Below, piece by piece: positions 38,987 through 40,769 of a stretch of 40,769 nucleotides of DNA. A program made the translations under genes and the position numbers. How positions within the stretch are numbered: position 1 is the stretch's first letter; each line of letters opens with the position of its first letter. This DNA is from Candidatus Rokuibacteriota bacterium (lineage in GTDB: Bacteria; Methylomirabilota; Methylomirabilia; Rokubacteriales; DASRDR01): contig JBIOTN010000138.1 of assembly GCA_044866005.1 (NCBI GenBank), positions 1 to 40,769 of the forward strand. Direction: 5' to 3'. The notes under the pieces were generated by a model that did not search any database, was not told the origin of the DNA, and was given only the letters and a program-made list of their open reading frames with translations.

Positions 38987-39424
38987 CTACCGGTTCTTCT
39001 TCTTCCCCTCGATCTCGATCTCCATGCCCTCGAACCCGCCGATGATGCCTTCCAGCGGATTCGGCGGGGGCTCGCCGTCCACGACGATCTCCTTGTCGGG
39101 ATCGACGCACACGCCTTCCCGCGTGACGATCTTCTGGTAGGTGTACGCGGCCGCGCGCACGGGCTCCCCGTCGAGCTCGAAGCGCGCGACCACGGTCGGG
39201 CCGCGGAGCCACGGCGTCTCGACCGGCTTTCCCAGCACGCACCGGCAGGCGGGGTCGGGGCATCTGAGCCCCTGCCCCTCGTTCAGCTTCTTCTCCGCCT
39301 CTTTCCGCGCGTTCTCCAGCGCCTTCCGGGCGGCGGCCTTCCCCTTGACCGGCCACCCCCAATTGTCGAAGTCGAGCTTGAGGCTGACCCGGGCCTCGAC
39401 GCAGCGCTCGTGCGCGCAGGCCAT
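38987..39424 (-). CDS. Cys-rich hypothetical protein B (145 aa)
   Basis: Tightly packed ORF; shares Cys pattern with 39435-39842. Confidence 0.75.
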   Translation of the reverse strand: MACAHERCVEARVSLKLDFDNWGWPVKGKAAARKALENARKEAEKKLNEGQGLRCPDPACRCVLGKPVETPWLRGPTVVARFELDGEPVRAAAYTYQKIVTREGVCVDPDKEIVVDGEPPPNPLEGIIGGFEGMEIEIEGKKKNR

Positions 39425-39434
39425 CCGTGGCGTC

Positions 39435-39842
39435 CTATCTCGGCTGGACCGGGACCTCGATGGTGGGTCCCTGGGGCTCGTAGCAGACGCCCCGCTTGAT
39501 GACGTAGATCACCTTGCCCTTCTTGCACTTGATCCAGGTCGCGCGCCCGCTGACCTTGAAGGTGATCTTGAGCGGCGTGCCGAGCGGGACCGCCTCCGTC
39601 TCGTCCGCCCGCTGCTCGGCGCACTCGCAGCCCTGGGGACAGGCCTTGTTGATCTTCGCCCCCGGCACGGGGTACTTCGTCCCCTCCGCCTGGCGGATGG
39701 CGTCGCGGGACTTCGCCCCGTACTGCTCGTCGTCGCCGGGTTGCGGCTTGAAGTCGGGGTCCTTGATGAGGTCCTTCGCCTCGCGCGAGATGTCTACGAC
39801 CTTCACGTAGAGGGTCACGCACTCTTCGTAGTGGCAGGGCAT
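39435..39842 (-). CDS. Cys-rich hypothetical protein A (135 aa)
   Basis: GGAG RBS before ATG 39842; MPCHYEECV...CPQGCEC...GVCYEP. Confidence 0.75.
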   Translation of the reverse strand: MPCHYEECVTLYVKVVDISREAKDLIKDPDFKPQPGDDEQYGAKSRDAIRQAEGTKYPVPGAKINKACPQGCECAEQRADETEAVPLGTPLKITFKVSGRATWIKCKKGKVIYVIKRGVCYEPQGPTIEVPVQPR

Positions 39843-39939
39843 GGGGTCTCCGGGGCGCAAGCGTTATGAAGCCACGTTTCCGCGGGAGCGTCAAGGCGCC
39901 GCCAGGGCGGAGCCGCGCGGAGCCGCCGGGCGGAGTCGC

Positions 39940-40261
39940 GTGGATCCCCTCGAGGTCGCGGGGGCGGCCGAGGGCGAGCTTGTTCTTGATGAGCGCCCGC
40001 CAACCGATGACGGGTGCCGTCACGCCGCCGTAGGTCCGGGCTGGCCAGATCGGACTCCCGCAGCTCGGCAAGCGGAGCGCCGAACGCCCCGAGCGCCCGA
40101 TAGACACGGCTCGCGTTTTCCCGCGTCGGCTCGATGAAGATGTCGAGATCACCGGTGGCGCGGGGCTCGGAATGGAAAGAGACGGCGAAGGCGCCGACGA
40201 TCAGGAGGCGCGCCTCAGCGGCGCACAACTCGCGCAGTATGTCGCGGAAGTCCGGGTTCAC
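39940..40261 (-). pseudogene. Nucleotidyltransferase (Pol-beta superfamily) with internal deletion and frameshift
   Basis: MNPDFRD..., VGAFAV..H..PRATGDLD; after ...DLASPD the frame shifts to TYGG..APVIG...LIKNK...GRPRDL; 3' end approximate. Confidence 0.8.
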
Positions 40262-40418
40262 CCAGGTCCTTGCCGGCGAAGGTCCAGGCATCCACCGTCA
40301 ACCGCCAGGCCTCGGCAAACCGCTCGTCCCGGGAAATGGACTGCCAGAATTCGCGCTCGAAGCGGTCATCCGCCTCGCCCAGCCGCGCGACCCGGAGCGT
40401 GACGCGTCGTGGAGCCAT
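40215..40418 (-). CDS. Small protein upstream of and overlapping the nucleotidyltransferase (antitoxin-like partner)
   Basis: 67 aa, FW.S.S..ER...AW.L pattern; 47-nt overlap with the NTase start. Confidence 0.7.
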   Translation of the reverse strand: MAPRRVTLRVARLGEADDRFEREFWQSISRDERFAEAWRLTVDAWTFAGKDLGEPGLPRHTARVVRR

Positions 40419-40469
40419 CGGAGCCTAGGCTAGCACTGAGTCCTCCGGCCCGTCCGCTGCCACTGATGC

Positions 40470-40769
40470 TCAATCCGCGGCCGTGAGCTCGGACTCCGCC
40501 CGGGAGGACCAGAGGGACATGCTCATCGCGCGGTACTCTCGAGCCGCCGCCGTCAGGTCGGCCCGGGCCTGCTCGAGTTTCCCGGCCCGTCGACAGACAA
40601 CGCCGCGCCCCAGGCGGCAGTGCGCCCCGAGCGGCCGCAGCGCGAGCTCCTCCGCGAGCGCGAGCGCCTCCTGGAAGCGCGCTTCGGCCTCCCCCAGATC
40701 GGCATCCGGCTGGCGCGCCGCGATCTCCCCGAGGAGTCGCTGGGCGTCGGCGGCGTGCCCGCGCGCCCT
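40470..40769 (-). CDS. C-terminal TPR region of an AAA/adenylate-guanylate-cyclase-type multidomain protein (5' part outside window)
   Basis: Own translation: RLLGEIA...AEARFQEALALAEEL.LRPL.AHC.LG.G...YRAM.M..W..RAE.EL, stop at 40470. Confidence 0.82.
   Translation of the reverse strand, partial: RARGHAADAQRLLGEIAARQPDADLGEAEARFQEALALAEELALRPLGAHCRLGRGVVCRRAGKLEQARADLTAAAREYRAMSMSLWSSRAESELTAAD

Noticed and set aside
39862..39894. Minus-strand promoter (TTGACG) for the Cys-rich operon
   Set aside because: No convincing -10 at 16-18 nt spacing

Overview
Very GC-rich bacterial DNA. The gene content (PF04392-type ABC binding protein, Bug/Tct transporter, AAA/TPR cyclase-type C-terminus) suggests Ca. 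Rokubacteria/Methylomirabilota, which is an inference. The backbone is ordinary: exeA/exeB, a carbohydrate-type ABC cluster with a hydrolase and a DapA-family lyase, an Opp/Dpp ABC operon, TctCBA, an Xsc/ALS-like TPP enzyme, dehydrogenases and a secreted BNR/sialidase-like protein. No rRNA, tRNA, CRISPR array or transposase was recognised. Unusual features: (1) at least five genes have lost their middle while keeping both ends (MASE1 hybrid kinase, duplicated hydrolase, ClpP, a large hypothetical gene, a nucleotidyltransferase); (2) a 79-bp segment between CTTG/CAAG appears inverted, and flipping it restores a reading frame; (3) two paralogous Cys-rich proteins sit in an apparent operon with a secreted beta-propeller gene; (4) a D-to-N pseudo-receiver carries a Zn ribbon and a membrane anchor; (5) a NUDIX gene is coupled to a membrane-protein gene; (6) palindromic repeats begin at TAG stop codons. 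Family calls rest on motif recognition only; no database search was run.
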